From the NCBI GenBank assembly GCA_002497075.1, contig DAML01000015.1, positions 110,224-174,223 of the forward strand: a DNA stretch of 64,000 nt. The letters run 5' to 3'. Origin of the DNA: Methanomassiliicoccaceae archaeon UBA472 (GTDB taxonomy: Archaea; Thermoplasmatota; Thermoplasmata; Methanomassiliicoccales; UBA472). This document shows, in pieces, positions 1 through 9,860 of this stretch (position 1 is the stretch's first letter; each line of letters begins with the position of its first letter). Made by a program: the position numbers and the translations under genes. The notes under the pieces are model-generated. The model made no database searches, had not been told where the DNA came from, and saw only the letters and a list, made by a program, of their open reading frames with translations.

Positions 1-173
1 AGTTCTCCATGTGCCCCTCCGGCAGGAAGGGCGGGGACCTCGGCTGGTTCGGAAAGAACATGATGGTGAAGGAGTTCGAGGACGCCGCCTTCAACCACGC
101 CAAGGGCGAGATCGTCGGGCCGGTGAAGACCCAGTTCGGCTGGCACCTCATCCAGGTCGTCGACCAGAAGTAA
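1..173 (+). CDS. Parvulin-type peptidyl-prolyl cis-trans isomerase (PpiC family), C-terminal fragment; 5' end lies outside the window
   Basis: Frame 3 is open from the window edge to TAA at 171-173. The translation [56 protein letters not shown] has the parvulin rotamase core pattern (GDLGWF ... FGWHLI). Confidence 0.8.
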   Translation, partial: FSMCPSGRKGGDLGWFGKNMMVKEFEDAAFNHAKGEIVGPVKTQFGWHLIQVVDQK

Positions 174-177
174 AAAC

Positions 178-2598
178 CTAATCCTCCAGCACCGCGGTGC
201 TGGAACCATCCTCTTTTTCTTGAACCCTGATCACAGCGCTGACGTTGTCCTTGACGTCGTCTATGTGCGTTATCAGCAGTATCTGCCGGAACTGCTTCTG
301 CAGCTGTCCGAGCGTCTCCAGTATGCTGCGCTTGCGTGACTGGTCCTGCGAGCCGAATATCTCGTCCAGCACCAGGAAGTTCATCTGGTTTCCGGAGCGC
401 TCCATGATCATGCGCGATATGGCCAGTCGCAGGCACAGGTTGGCTAGATCCACTTCACCGCCGGAGAACCGCTCCAGACGGAACTCCTCCCCCTGGTCGT
501 ACAGCCACATCTGGTAATTATCGTCCAGGCGGATACCGCCGTACTTGCCCTCGGTGAGCTGCGACAGAAGGTCGGAGGAGACGTCCGAGAGGGTTGGGAC
601 TATACGGGAGATGACGTTCTCCTTGAACCCTTTCATCACCTGGCTCAGACGGCTCAGGGTCCCCAGCTCCGTCATTAGGGAGGCTTGCCTGGCGCGCAGC
701 ATCTCCAGGTCCGCGGCCCGCTTCCGCAGCGAGTCTATCTCGGACGCCAGGCGGCGCTGCTCCCCCTCCGCTCTTATGATGTCCTGGGCCAGGCGTTCCT
801 CTTTCTGCCGCGCCTCCTCGTGATCCTTCTTCCGGGCCAGCAGCGCCTTCACCTCGAAGCCTAGCGCCCTCCGTTCCTGCGAGGCGATACGGAGCGTTTC
901 CTCCTCGCCGGCGACAGCGACGGCCATCTTATCCTTCTCCTCCAGGGCCAGGGGGAGGCGTTCCATTTTCGTCGTAGCCCTGGTCAGGGCGAGATGCGAA
1001 GGCTCCAGTTCGGCCGCTCTGCGCTTGGCGGCATCGTGCGCCATGGCGTCGTACTCCACCTTTTCCAGGGAATCCAGGTCCTTCTGCAGGGCGTCCGCCT
1101 TCTCCTGCGTCCGGGACAAGGACTGCTGGGATCTGCGCAACCTTTCATCCAGGGAAGCCTTCAAACGTGATTGCGAGAGGAGCTTGGACCTTCGGGATTC
1201 GAGAGCGTCCCGACGCTGTCCGCTTCGAGAGAGTTGCTCCATCAGCCCTTTCCGGATATCGTCCTGCAGGGCCGCTCCCTCCTCCAACGCCTTCTGCTCT
1301 TCCTGGTACCGGCGCAGCAGGTCAGTGTATTGCGCCCCCATGCGCCTCTGGCACGTCGGGCAGTTGCTGTCCTCGCCGAGCTTGGTGATCTCCTCGGCCT
1401 TCTGCTTGGACCTCACGAGCTCAGCGCGCAGCCTTCCCGCCTCGGTCTCGGCCACCCTGGCCTGGGCGGATATCGAGGATATCAGTTCCCTGGTATCGTT
1501 CAAGGTCGCTTCGACCGTGGCCAGGCTGGCCTCGATATCCGGCAGGCCGGACATCTCCTTGGCCGCCTGCTCCCCCTCCGCCCGCAAGGATTCAAGATCG
1601 GCCTTCCTCGCGGCGAGTTCCTCCTCCAGCCTCTGGCGCTTGAGGAACGCCTCGCGCAGGGCGGTGTGGCTTTCCGCCGCGGACCTGGCATCATGGTACT
1701 CCTTCTCCTTGGCCTCCAGGTCGGGAAGGCGAGCGCGAAGGGTCTGCAGCTCATCCACTTCCTTCTCCAGTTTGCCGAGGGACTCGTGCATGGCCTGCAG
1801 ACCGGCCCGGGCGCCGGTCTGCCGTCTCTCCAGCGCCACGTCCTGTCGGTAGCGCTCCTCTTCGGCCTCCCAAAGTCCCTTGGTCATCTGGCTCTTTTCG
1901 ATCGCCGCTATCCGGTCGTTCAAAAGTTTCGAGCTTCCGTCCACGATCCTCTTCAGCGAATCGGCGGCGGCGCGCTCCTCCTCCTTTAGCGATCTGAGCT
2001 TGTCATTCCCGTCGGCGTCGCGCAGCGAGGCCGAGACCCCCTCGGCCTCCTTCTTCGCGTTGTTGGCGTCCGCGTCGATGGCCTTGATCACCTTGTCCAG
2101 GGAATCCACGCGAAGCATCCTCAGCACCAGTGCCTTCCGTTCGGCCGGCCTGAGGTTGGCCAGGGCGTTGAGGTCCTTCTGCTTGGTGAACACGGACACG
2201 AAGAAGGCCTGATGGTCCATCCCCAGCCTGTCGACGATGGCGTTGGTGACCTCGGTGTCCCCGGTGGCCAGCAGCTTGCCGTTGACTTCCAGGGAGGCGT
2301 CCGTCTTGAGGCTCTTCACCTTCATGCTCCTCGCCAATCGATAGGAATCCTCGCCGAGGTCGAACTCCAGCACCACCGAGCACTCGTCCCCCGGGGAGGC
2401 GCCGAAGCTGACCACGCCCTCCTTGTTATCCCTAACCACGGACGAGGCGTTGCCGAACAGCGCCCACGTCACGGCCTCCAGGATGGTGGTCTTGCCTGTC
2501 CCGTTGTTGCCAACGATGGCCACAACGCCGTCAGGGAACTCTATGCGGGCCTCGCGGAACTTGCGATAATTGCGTAGCTCCATGTAGCGCAGCCTCAT
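178..2598 (-). CDS. rad50: DNA double-strand break repair ATPase Rad50
   Basis: 806 aa. It has an N-terminal Walker A (GNNGTGKTT), a very long heptad-rich E/L/R/A middle with a central zinc hook (NCPTCQ), and a C-terminal ABC signature FSGGE with Walker B FLVLDEIFG. Its ATG overlaps the mre11 stop (ATGA at 2595-2598). Confidence 0.92.
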   Translation of the reverse strand: MRLRYMELRNYRKFREARIEFPDGVVAIVGNNGTGKTTILEAVTWALFGNASSVVRDNKEGVVSFGASPGDECSVVLEFDLGEDSYRLARSMKVKSLKTDASLEVNGKLLATGDTEVTNAIVDRLGMDHQAFFVSVFTKQKDLNALANLRPAERKALVLRMLRVDSLDKVIKAIDADANNAKKEAEGVSASLRDADGNDKLRSLKEEERAAADSLKRIVDGSSKLLNDRIAAIEKSQMTKGLWEAEEERYRQDVALERRQTGARAGLQAMHESLGKLEKEVDELQTLRARLPDLEAKEKEYHDARSAAESHTALREAFLKRQRLEEELAARKADLESLRAEGEQAAKEMSGLPDIEASLATVEATLNDTRELISSISAQARVAETEAGRLRAELVRSKQKAEEITKLGEDSNCPTCQRRMGAQYTDLLRRYQEEQKALEEGAALQDDIRKGLMEQLSRSGQRRDALESRRSKLLSQSRLKASLDERLRRSQQSLSRTQEKADALQKDLDSLEKVEYDAMAHDAAKRRAAELEPSHLALTRATTKMERLPLALEEKDKMAVAVAGEEETLRIASQERRALGFEVKALLARKKDHEEARQKEERLAQDIIRAEGEQRRLASEIDSLRKRAADLEMLRARQASLMTELGTLSRLSQVMKGFKENVISRIVPTLSDVSSDLLSQLTEGKYGGIRLDDNYQMWLYDQGEEFRLERFSGGEVDLANLCLRLAISRMIMERSGNQMNFLVLDEIFGSQDQSRKRSILETLGQLQKQFRQILLITHIDDVKDNVSAVIRVQEKEDGSSTAVLED

Positions 2599-3707
2599 TC
2601 CCCGTCCTCCCTTCTCAAGTAATCCAGGCCGCGGCGGCGCAGATCGTCCTTATCGACTCCCTCCACCGGCACTTGGGACAGATACGATTGAAACTCCTGG
2701 TCCAAGGATCCGAACGATGTCGACCGCCACTGCACGGCATTCGTTCCCTGCACCACCTCGGTCTTCAGCTCCAAATAGACAGCCTTTTCCCCCATAGCTC
2801 TCAGGCCATTGAGGTCCAGGCTTCGGTAGATGGCGGCAGGGATCTCCTCCACCACCAGGCGGACGATGCTGCCCTCCATCTCGATCGAGCCGAGGGCGGA
2901 GGACAGCTCTTCCTGCAGCGCGCCAGCCTCCTTCCCTTTGGCCTTGAAAGGTCCCAAGGAGTACATGGGCCGGGACTGAAGCTTAACAAAATCCTTCTTG
3001 CCGCGCTCCAGGTCGACGAGCATGTAACCTTTTTCCTGGCCGGCCTCGGCGAACGACAGGCGTTCCAGGGAACCGCTGTACCAGGCGTTCTCGGTGATCT
3101 GCTCCCGGTCGTGGAAATGCCCCAGGGCGATGTAATCCGCCTCCAGGTTCAATAGCGAGGAGGGCAGGTTGAGCTCGTTCGCTTCGCCCATGCTGTAACG
3201 CGTCAATCCCTGTATCCCGGCGTGCAGCATTCCGACCTCGTAACGGCTACGGCCGCGCTTCCAGCTCTGGAGCGCTTCCACCATGGATTCCTTGTCCTGA
3301 TGGGGAAAGCCGGTGATCGTCAGATCGCCTATTTCCAACCGGTGCATGCCTGGCATGTAGAACGCCGTGATACCTTCGATGTGCTCGAACAGCCGGAACA
3401 CGCTCCCCGTCTCCTTCAGCCGGGGGGTGGAATGATTGCCGGCGATGAGCACCACCGGGATCTTCTCGGCGGACAACCGCAGAAGCTGTTCCAGAACGAC
3501 GGACAAAGCCCTATTGGAAGGTCGCACGGAATCGAAGAGGTCCCCCGAGTGCAGCACAACGTCCGGACGCTTGGAAATGATGGAGTCGACCAGACGCTCG
3601 AACGCCTTATAGATGTCCACCTCCCGCTGGTTCATCCCCGTTTCGGGGTCCGAGCGGCGGTAGGCGGAGAAACCGACATGGCTGTCGGCGATATGGGCGA
3701 TCCTCAT
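2595..3707 (-). CDS. mre11: DNA double-strand break repair nuclease Mre11
   Basis: 370 aa. Calcineurin-like phosphoesterase motifs occur in the canonical order: HIADSHVG, HSGDLFD, IAGNHS, GMLHAG, ALGHFHD. It is translationally coupled to rad50. Confidence 0.92.
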   Translation of the reverse strand: MRIAHIADSHVGFSAYRRSDPETGMNQREVDIYKAFERLVDSIISKRPDVVLHSGDLFDSVRPSNRALSVVLEQLLRLSAEKIPVVLIAGNHSTPRLKETGSVFRLFEHIEGITAFYMPGMHRLEIGDLTITGFPHQDKESMVEALQSWKRGRSRYEVGMLHAGIQGLTRYSMGEANELNLPSSLLNLEADYIALGHFHDREQITENAWYSGSLERLSFAEAGQEKGYMLVDLERGKKDFVKLQSRPMYSLGPFKAKGKEAGALQEELSSALGSIEMEGSIVRLVVEEIPAAIYRSLDLNGLRAMGEKAVYLELKTEVVQGTNAVQWRSTSFGSLDQEFQSYLSQVPVEGVDKDDLRRRGLDYLRREDGE

Positions 3708-3766
3708 CCGGCAGGGATTAGAGGACCGGGCTTAAATAAACATTTGATTCGGTGCAGTGAAAATGC

Positions 3767-5521
3767 TCACTCCTCCTGCAGACGATCGGTAAGGATATGG
3801 CACATGCGGTCGTAGGCGCTCTTGTTGGCTTCCCAGAGCAGATAGGCGATCACCAGGCCGACCGCGACGCCGAAGACGAGCAAGACAGGGAATCCCTCCA
3901 CCTGCGGGGCGATCGGTATGAACAGGAAGAAGAGCACGATGCCGATTATGGAGATTATGAGGTTGACGAACACCCGGAAAAGCCTTCCCTCCGCTCCTGC
4001 CTCAAAATGACCTGCTTCCATGACCCCCCGGATAAGCATCAGGCCGACCACCCTGACCCGGCTCAGGATGTTGATTAGCGGGGGAAGCATCAGCCCGATG
4101 AAGGCGGCCGTGGCCACCATGTAGGTGATCGCGCCCAAGCCGCCAGGGTCCACTCCGAACAGCCCGACTATGTCGTAGAAGGTCACGGCCAGCACCTGCA
4201 GCAGGAATATGATGACGACGTCGATGAATATCCAGAATATCTGCCGCTGCACCTCCCGCCGGCGGTCGGCGTGGGCGTTCATCCACACCCCCATGTCCGT
4301 TCGCAGATGGTCGACCCGGCGCAGCGATTCTCTGACGGAGGTGGGAAGGGCGTATCCCAGAGCGGTGACGGTCCCCGGCGCCCTGCGGAACGAAGCGGGC
4401 AGGTACAGCATGGTGATCAAGGCCGCCCCGATCACCGAGGAGTAGAACAGCTGGTCGACGGCGCCAAGGTCGAAGGCGGTTTTCGCGATGACGAACGAGA
4501 ACTCTCCCATGGCCACCATGCCCAGCCCGGTCATCGCTGACGTCCGGGCGTCCTTGTTGCTCAGGAAGGTGCCGATGGTCACACTGAATATCTTGCCGAC
4601 CACGAAGACCGCCGCTATGGCCACGGCCACGATGATGTTGTCCATTATCAGCCATGGGTCTATCAGCAGCCCGATGGAGATGAAGAACAGGGCCATGAAC
4701 ATCTCCTTGATCGGCGTGATCCGCTCCACGACCTTCTCCTGGGCCATGGACTGGGAGATGATAATTCCCACCAGGAACGCGCCGATAGCTACGGACAATC
4801 CGAAGAACTGGGCCACGATGGCCATGCCGAAGCACAGCCCCAGGGAGACGATCAACAGCGTCTCCGGGGTGGCGGTCGGATACAACCGGTCCATGAGCTT
4901 CGGCAACACCGCCAGGCCCAGCACCAGGAGTATGAGCATGAACGCCCCGATGTAGGCCACCTGAAGCACTATGGTGGTCAGGGTGACCCCGTTCCCGGCG
5001 GCCAACGGTGACGCCAACGTCAAAATGATGACCGCGGCGATGTCCTCTATGATGAGTATCCCGACAATGGCCTCGGCGAACTCCTTGTTCATCATCCCCG
5101 CGTCAGTGAGCACCCGGATGATGACCGCGGTGGAACTGATGCTCATGACCGCGCCAAGGAATATCGACTGGATGGTCGACCATCCCAACGCTATCCCGAG
5201 ACCGTAGCCCAGCGTGATCATCAGAACGATCTCCACGCTCCCGGCCAGGGCCGCGAACAGCCCTACTTTCTTGAGACGGCGCAGGTTGAACTCCAGGCCC
5301 AGGGTGAACATCAGCAGGACGATACCGGCGTTAGCTAGCGCGTCAATGGTGTCCAGGTCGGTGACGAAGGAGGGTTCGAAGAGGTTCGGCCCCAGGATGA
5401 TCCCGGCGGCAAGGTAACCGATCACCACCGGCAGGCGCAACTTGGAGAAGACGACAGAGATCACTCCAGCGGTGACCATGATTATGGCCATCTCTATCAG
5501 GAACGTGGTCTCCGATACCAT
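3767..5521 (-). CDS. Cation:proton antiporter (Kef/NapA-like CPA2 family) with extra C-terminal helices
   Basis: 584-aa polytopic membrane protein. The N-terminal half has the typical CPA2 pattern (VIGYLAAGIILGP, many Gly/Ala-rich helices). The C-terminal part adds further hydrophobic helices. Confidence 0.75.
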   Translation of the reverse strand: MVSETTFLIEMAIIMVTAGVISVVFSKLRLPVVIGYLAAGIILGPNLFEPSFVTDLDTIDALANAGIVLLMFTLGLEFNLRRLKKVGLFAALAGSVEIVLMITLGYGLGIALGWSTIQSIFLGAVMSISSTAVIIRVLTDAGMMNKEFAEAIVGILIIEDIAAVIILTLASPLAAGNGVTLTTIVLQVAYIGAFMLILLVLGLAVLPKLMDRLYPTATPETLLIVSLGLCFGMAIVAQFFGLSVAIGAFLVGIIISQSMAQEKVVERITPIKEMFMALFFISIGLLIDPWLIMDNIIVAVAIAAVFVVGKIFSVTIGTFLSNKDARTSAMTGLGMVAMGEFSFVIAKTAFDLGAVDQLFYSSVIGAALITMLYLPASFRRAPGTVTALGYALPTSVRESLRRVDHLRTDMGVWMNAHADRRREVQRQIFWIFIDVVIIFLLQVLAVTFYDIVGLFGVDPGGLGAITYMVATAAFIGLMLPPLINILSRVRVVGLMLIRGVMEAGHFEAGAEGRLFRVFVNLIISIIGIVLFFLFIPIAPQVEGFPVLLVFGVAVGLVIAYLLWEANKSAYDRMCHILTDRLQEE

Positions 5522-5530
5522 CAGTGCGCC

Positions 5531-7057
5531 TCAGAAGAACGTCTGACCCACATCCTTCTTGACGGTATTTTTTCTTTCGCCCGCTTTGGCGTTCGACTCC
5601 TCCACGTATTCCTCGTAAAGGTGCACCTTGCACGGTATGGCGAACGGAGTGAACGGGGAGGCGATGAGGGCCTCGCCGGGCATCAGCATCTGTATCTCGT
5701 TGTCCAGCATCGAGATGTCCTGCTTGGCCGAGTTTCGCAGAATGTCACGGTCGCGCTTGTCCGCCAGTCCCAGGATGAATAGGGTGTTGAACTGTGAGAT
5801 TATCTCCTCGTTGATCAGCTTCGGCTGCTGCGACACGGCGCAGAACCCCACCTTGAACTTGCGGCCCTCGCGGGCTATCTGGGCGAAGACGGTGCCCTTG
5901 GATTGCGAAAGCACGCGCTGCGCTTCCTCCATGGCGATGAGCACTGGCGGGGCCTTCTCGAACTTCGTCTTGTCGGAGTACATCGCTTTATTGTGCTCGA
6001 AGATGGCGCGGGTCAGGACGGTGGAGACCAGCAGCTCCTCGGCCTCGAACATGTTGGAGGTGTCCACCAATATGGTCTTGCCGGCCTGCAGGGCGCTTAT
6101 CACCGCCCTGGTCATGCTCAAGTTTCGGTCCGTCGTCACTAGATCGAACTGGAATATGGAGTCAAGGCGGCGCTTTATGACGTTCACGCTGCCCTCATGG
6201 AACCGGCCGTTCAGATCGGTGACGATGGTGGCCACGCTCCTGTCGCGGAGCTCGTCCAGCCATCTTTCCCCATACTTCCACTGCGAGGCCTGCAGGCACT
6301 CCAACTGCGGCCCGGAGAACTCGTAGAGGTTCGCCAGGTCCGGGATATCGATCTCCGAGCTGGAGATGTGTATGGAGCTGTGCGGCCCGTCCAGTCTGCG
6401 TGACGAGTACACATCCAATGCCTCCGCGGCAAGCTTGGAATGCGACAATCCCTTCTTACCGCGCTCCCCGCCGTCGAAGTACTCTCCGTGCGGGTCAAGG
6501 ATGAGAAAGCCGCAGCGCCGGGACTCCATGCACGACAGCGCCAGCGATTTCATCAGGTTGCTCTTGCCCATGCCGGTGGTGGCGAAGATCCCCACGTGAT
6601 GCGGGAACCCGCGCGAGTCGATCCCGACGCGGAAGTCCAGGACGCGGTCGCCGGAACGAAGTCGCCCGACCTCCACATCGCCCATCATCGGCTGCAGGAA
6701 ATCGTAATCGTCCTGGTCCGCCCGGCGCACCCGGGAGAAGTGCCGGGGGATGGACTTGGCCTTCCGGTAAACATCATCCTTGAGGCATCCCAGTGGCGTA
6801 CAGACCCCCACTTTGTAGAGGTCGCCCTTGATGCGCTCATAATCGAAGCCATCCTTCAAGGCCGCCCCGGCCTGCCATTCCAGGTAATCGTCATCATCCG
6901 AATCGGCGCCGAACAGCACGTCCATGGTCCGGACCAGGAACTTGACGCCGCCCTCCTCGACAACCAGCATCTCCCCGACCTGGAGGTCCTCCGCCTCGCT
7001 GGTGCGGAAGCGCAGCTCCATGACCTTGTTGCCGAAAATCCTGCCAATGTCCGTCAT
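5531..7057 (-). CDS. herA: HerA-type (FtsK/HerA superfamily, DUF87) hexameric DNA helicase/ATPase
   Basis: 508 aa. It has Walker A ATTGMGKSNL, a Walker B-like PVLIAMEEAQ and an N-terminal barrel-like region. It lies near mre11-rad50. Confidence 0.85.
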   Translation of the reverse strand: MTDIGRIFGNKVMELRFRTSEAEDLQVGEMLVVEEGGVKFLVRTMDVLFGADSDDDDYLEWQAGAALKDGFDYERIKGDLYKVGVCTPLGCLKDDVYRKAKSIPRHFSRVRRADQDDYDFLQPMMGDVEVGRLRSGDRVLDFRVGIDSRGFPHHVGIFATTGMGKSNLMKSLALSCMESRRCGFLILDPHGEYFDGGERGKKGLSHSKLAAEALDVYSSRRLDGPHSSIHISSSEIDIPDLANLYEFSGPQLECLQASQWKYGERWLDELRDRSVATIVTDLNGRFHEGSVNVIKRRLDSIFQFDLVTTDRNLSMTRAVISALQAGKTILVDTSNMFEAEELLVSTVLTRAIFEHNKAMYSDKTKFEKAPPVLIAMEEAQRVLSQSKGTVFAQIAREGRKFKVGFCAVSQQPKLINEEIISQFNTLFILGLADKRDRDILRNSAKQDISMLDNEIQMLMPGEALIASPFTPFAIPCKVHLYEEYVEESNAKAGERKNTVKKDVGQTFF

Positions 7058-7143
7058 GATGGCCGCCCATGTCCTCCAGGGTGTATAGAAATTTCTGAGG
7101 GTGCGGTGAAAATGCCATATCCAATGAACGTGTTAATGAGCTT

Positions 7144-8052
7144 GTGCGACCAGAGATCATCGAGCTTCCGGCCCAATCCTCGCAACCCCGACCAGAGGTA
7201 CTGGTCGTAGGCGTGGGCGGGGCGGGAAGGCACGTGGCCGCTCAGATGCCGGGCAACAAGCTCTCCATCTGCCTGGAAGGGGACGCCGGAATACCAGGTC
7301 ACCGGCAGATACTCCTGCGGAAGGGAGAGGTCACCGTGGCCCGCACCAGCTCCGCCAACGCCCTGCACGTCTCCGATCTTCCGTGGAAGAACCGTCTCGT
7401 AGAGGCGGTGGGAAGGCCGGAGGTGCTCTTCCTGTTCAGCGGGCTGGGAGGGGAGACCGGCAGCTACATCGCTCCGTTGATAACCGAACTAACGCACTTT
7501 TCCACCATGACCTTCACCAGCGTATGCCTGCCGTTCTCCGTGGAAGGTTCCAACCGGCGGGCCATGGCCAAGGAAGGCCTGGCCCGTCTGAAGGCGGCAT
7601 CGCACATGGTCGCGGTATACGCCAACGATCCATTGATAAAGCTGGCTCCAAACCTACCGTTGGGCAAGGCCTTCGGGGTAATGGACCAGATCATGCTCTC
7701 CCTTCCGGCGGACCTCTGCCAATGCCTAACGGCCGAATCGATACCGGTGCTGAAGGAGAACCTTGGGCGGCGAGAGTTGCGCGCCGGGATCGGCTTCGGC
7801 ATGGGATTGGAGAAGGAGCGGTTGGCCGTGGAGGACGCCCTCACCTCACCCTGGTTCCCCTCGGCCGAGTTCCAGCCGGACACCGCCCTGATGCTGGTAA
7901 GCCAAGGGCAGGAGGACCGCATCTGCCTCGACGACTGCGTGAAGGAGATGTCCGAGCGGCTGAAGGTAAGGAAGCTGCTGGTCGCCTCGCATGTCGACCA
8001 GGCCCTTGGCCGCCGGATCAGGGTATCTCTTCTCTTAGGTTACAGGTTCTGA
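7144..8052 (+). CDS. Divergent FtsZ/tubulin-fold protein with degenerate GTP-binding signatures
   Basis: 302 aa with a GTG start. It aligns by eye across both FtsZ domains: VVGVGGAGRHV (T1-like), FSGLGGETGSY (T4-like), PFSVEGSNRRAMAKEGLARL, VYANDPL, AFGVMDQIM, GIGFGMG...RLAVEDAL. Key glycines and the T7 acidic residues are not conserved. Confidence 0.65.
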   Translation: MRPEIIELPAQSSQPRPEVLVVGVGGAGRHVAAQMPGNKLSICLEGDAGIPGHRQILLRKGEVTVARTSSANALHVSDLPWKNRLVEAVGRPEVLFLFSGLGGETGSYIAPLITELTHFSTMTFTSVCLPFSVEGSNRRAMAKEGLARLKAASHMVAVYANDPLIKLAPNLPLGKAFGVMDQIMLSLPADLCQCLTAESIPVLKENLGRRELRAGIGFGMGLEKERLAVEDALTSPWFPSAEFQPDTALMLVSQGQEDRICLDDCVKEMSERLKVRKLLVASHVDQALGRRIRVSLLLGYRF

Positions 8053-8840
8053 TCGTCGGCTATCTCCTCCGGGGCGCCGGCGAACTTGACCAGGGCGTAA
8101 GCTTCCACGAAGTGCAGTTTTCCCGGAACGACCACAGCGTGCAGCGGCGGCCCCATGTCCTCGTCCAGCATCTTCGACGGATAGCCGGCCGAAACCTTCT
8201 CCGTGCGGGAGCCGACGCGTGCGGCGGCGCAGATGATGGTGCTCTCGGTGATCATCCCCAGGCCCTTGGCCTTCTCCGCGTCGATCAGCCACTTCACCGC
8301 CTGGTTGGCGGTCATGTAACGGCCCTCCTCCTCACGAATGTCTAGTAGCACCAAAGTATGCAGTCCGCGGGACCAGTTCTCGTAGATGTTCTCGAACGGT
8401 GAGAGCGGGGTATAGCCAGGTTCCGGGAACGGTATCGTCACGGCGCGGCCGAACTTGTAAGGCTGCAAACCGAGCGCCGAGGCGCAGGCGGTGAATATGG
8501 AAACTCCGTAAAGAACGGTCGTCTGTATCCCCTCTTCCATCGCCCTTATCTTTAGGTCCACGTGCGTGGTGGCGGCCATGGTGTCCCCGGCCGTCACGAA
8601 GGCCACCTTTCCCATCTTGGCCGCCTCGATGACCGTCTCCTCCTCCTCGACCTCCCTGCGTTTCAAACGCACGATGCTCTTGCCGATGACCTTCTCCAGA
8701 TCGTCCGGCGTGGAGTCGATGAGCTTCGACGTGTAGAACTCCCCGAACACCTGGTCGCACTCCTTGAGCGCGCGGACGGTCCTGGCGCTCAGATCGTCCA
8801 CTCCTCCCAGCCCTAAACCAACAAATATCAATTCTCCCAT
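8040..8840 (-). CDS. dphB: Diphthine synthase (tetrapyrrole-methylase fold)
   Basis: 266 aa. The N-terminus LIFVGLGLGGVDDLSARTVRALKECDQVFGEFYTS and the overall pattern are typical of archaeal diphthine synthase. Confidence 0.9.
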   Translation of the reverse strand: MGELIFVGLGLGGVDDLSARTVRALKECDQVFGEFYTSKLIDSTPDDLEKVIGKSIVRLKRREVEEEETVIEAAKMGKVAFVTAGDTMAATTHVDLKIRAMEEGIQTTVLYGVSIFTACASALGLQPYKFGRAVTIPFPEPGYTPLSPFENIYENWSRGLHTLVLLDIREEEGRYMTANQAVKWLIDAEKAKGLGMITESTIICAAARVGSRTEKVSAGYPSKMLDEDMGPPLHAVVVPGKLHFVEAYALVKFAGAPEEIADDQNL

Positions 8841-8849
8841 GGCAACACC

Positions 8850-9860
8850 GTGCGTTCCCTTTGCGTCAGGGTCCGAAAGGGGGAAGGAGAGTCCGTCCGT
8901 AAAAAGCTTTTAGAGGACGGGCTGCTCGACCAGTCGCTGTACGTCGACAAGGACCAGGACTTCCTCTACCTGCCGGTCCTAGCCTCTCCGGAGGACCTTC
9001 CGACCGAGGAGCGGGAGTTCAAGGAACGCGAACGCGAGGAGCGCGACTACAAATCACTGGCCAAGGTGCCCGATAGGTTACGGCAGTTACTGCCGACGGC
9101 CTTCGACACCCTTGGCGATATAGCGGTGATAAGATTGCCGGACGAGCTCCTCCCGTACTCCGGGGAGGTCGGCGAGGCGCTGATGACCGCCTTCCCGCGC
9201 CTGCGCTCGGTGTTCCTGGACCACGGCGTGGTCGGGGAGTTCCGCGTGCTGGACCTGGAGATGATCGCCGGTGCGGACGTGAGCGGGACGATGCATACCG
9301 AGTACGGGCTGCGCTTCAAGGTCGATCCCCGCAAGGCTTACTTCAACCCCCGCCTTTCGAACGAGCGGAGACGGATCGCGTCATTGGTCAGGGACGGCGA
9401 GACGGTGGTGGACATGTTCTCCGGGGTCGGTCCGTTCGCCATCATGATCGCCAAGCTCTCCCGTCCCCACGTCGTTTACGCCATCGACCTGAACCCGGAG
9501 GCGGTTCAGCTGATGCGGGAGAACGTCGAGCTTAACAAGGTGAGAGGCGTCGTGCCGCTGGAAGGCGACGCCCGGCAGTGGGTGTTCGACCTGCCCTGCG
9601 CCGACCGGGTCATCATGAACCTGCCGCACTCGGCCCTCGACTTCTTCGCCGACGCTCTCACCCGCCTGAAGCTGGGAGGGGTGATGCACCTCTACCACAT
9701 ATGCGACCGGAACGACTTCCCGCAGGTGCTGGAGGACCTCAAGCAGAGAGCGTTCGGGATGGGCGTGCAGATCGAGGTGATGAGGAGCGAGGAGCTGAAG
9801 ACGTACTCGCCGTCGTCATCCGTCTACTCGGCCGACCTACTTCTGGTCGGCTGGCTTTAA
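8850..9860 (+). CDS. Trm5/Taw2 (TYW2)-family tRNA methyltransferase or aminocarboxypropyltransferase
   Basis: 336 aa with a GTG start. It has the class I SAM-binding core VVDMFSGVGPFAI, AIDLNP and the NLP motif (VIMNLPHSA). Confidence 0.8.
   Translation: MRSLCVRVRKGEGESVRKKLLEDGLLDQSLYVDKDQDFLYLPVLASPEDLPTEEREFKEREREERDYKSLAKVPDRLRQLLPTAFDTLGDIAVIRLPDELLPYSGEVGEALMTAFPRLRSVFLDHGVVGEFRVLDLEMIAGADVSGTMHTEYGLRFKVDPRKAYFNPRLSNERRRIASLVRDGETVVDMFSGVGPFAIMIAKLSRPHVVYAIDLNPEAVQLMRENVELNKVRGVVPLEGDARQWVFDLPCADRVIMNLPHSALDFFADALTRLKLGGVMHLYHICDRNDFPQVLEDLKQRAFGMGVQIEVMRSEELKTYSPSSSVYSADLLLVGWL

Noticed and set aside
7144-8052. The gene divergent from herA as the missing NurA nuclease
   Set aside because: The sequence aligns with FtsZ/tubulin motifs throughout and shows none of the NurA (RNase H-like) catalytic pattern.
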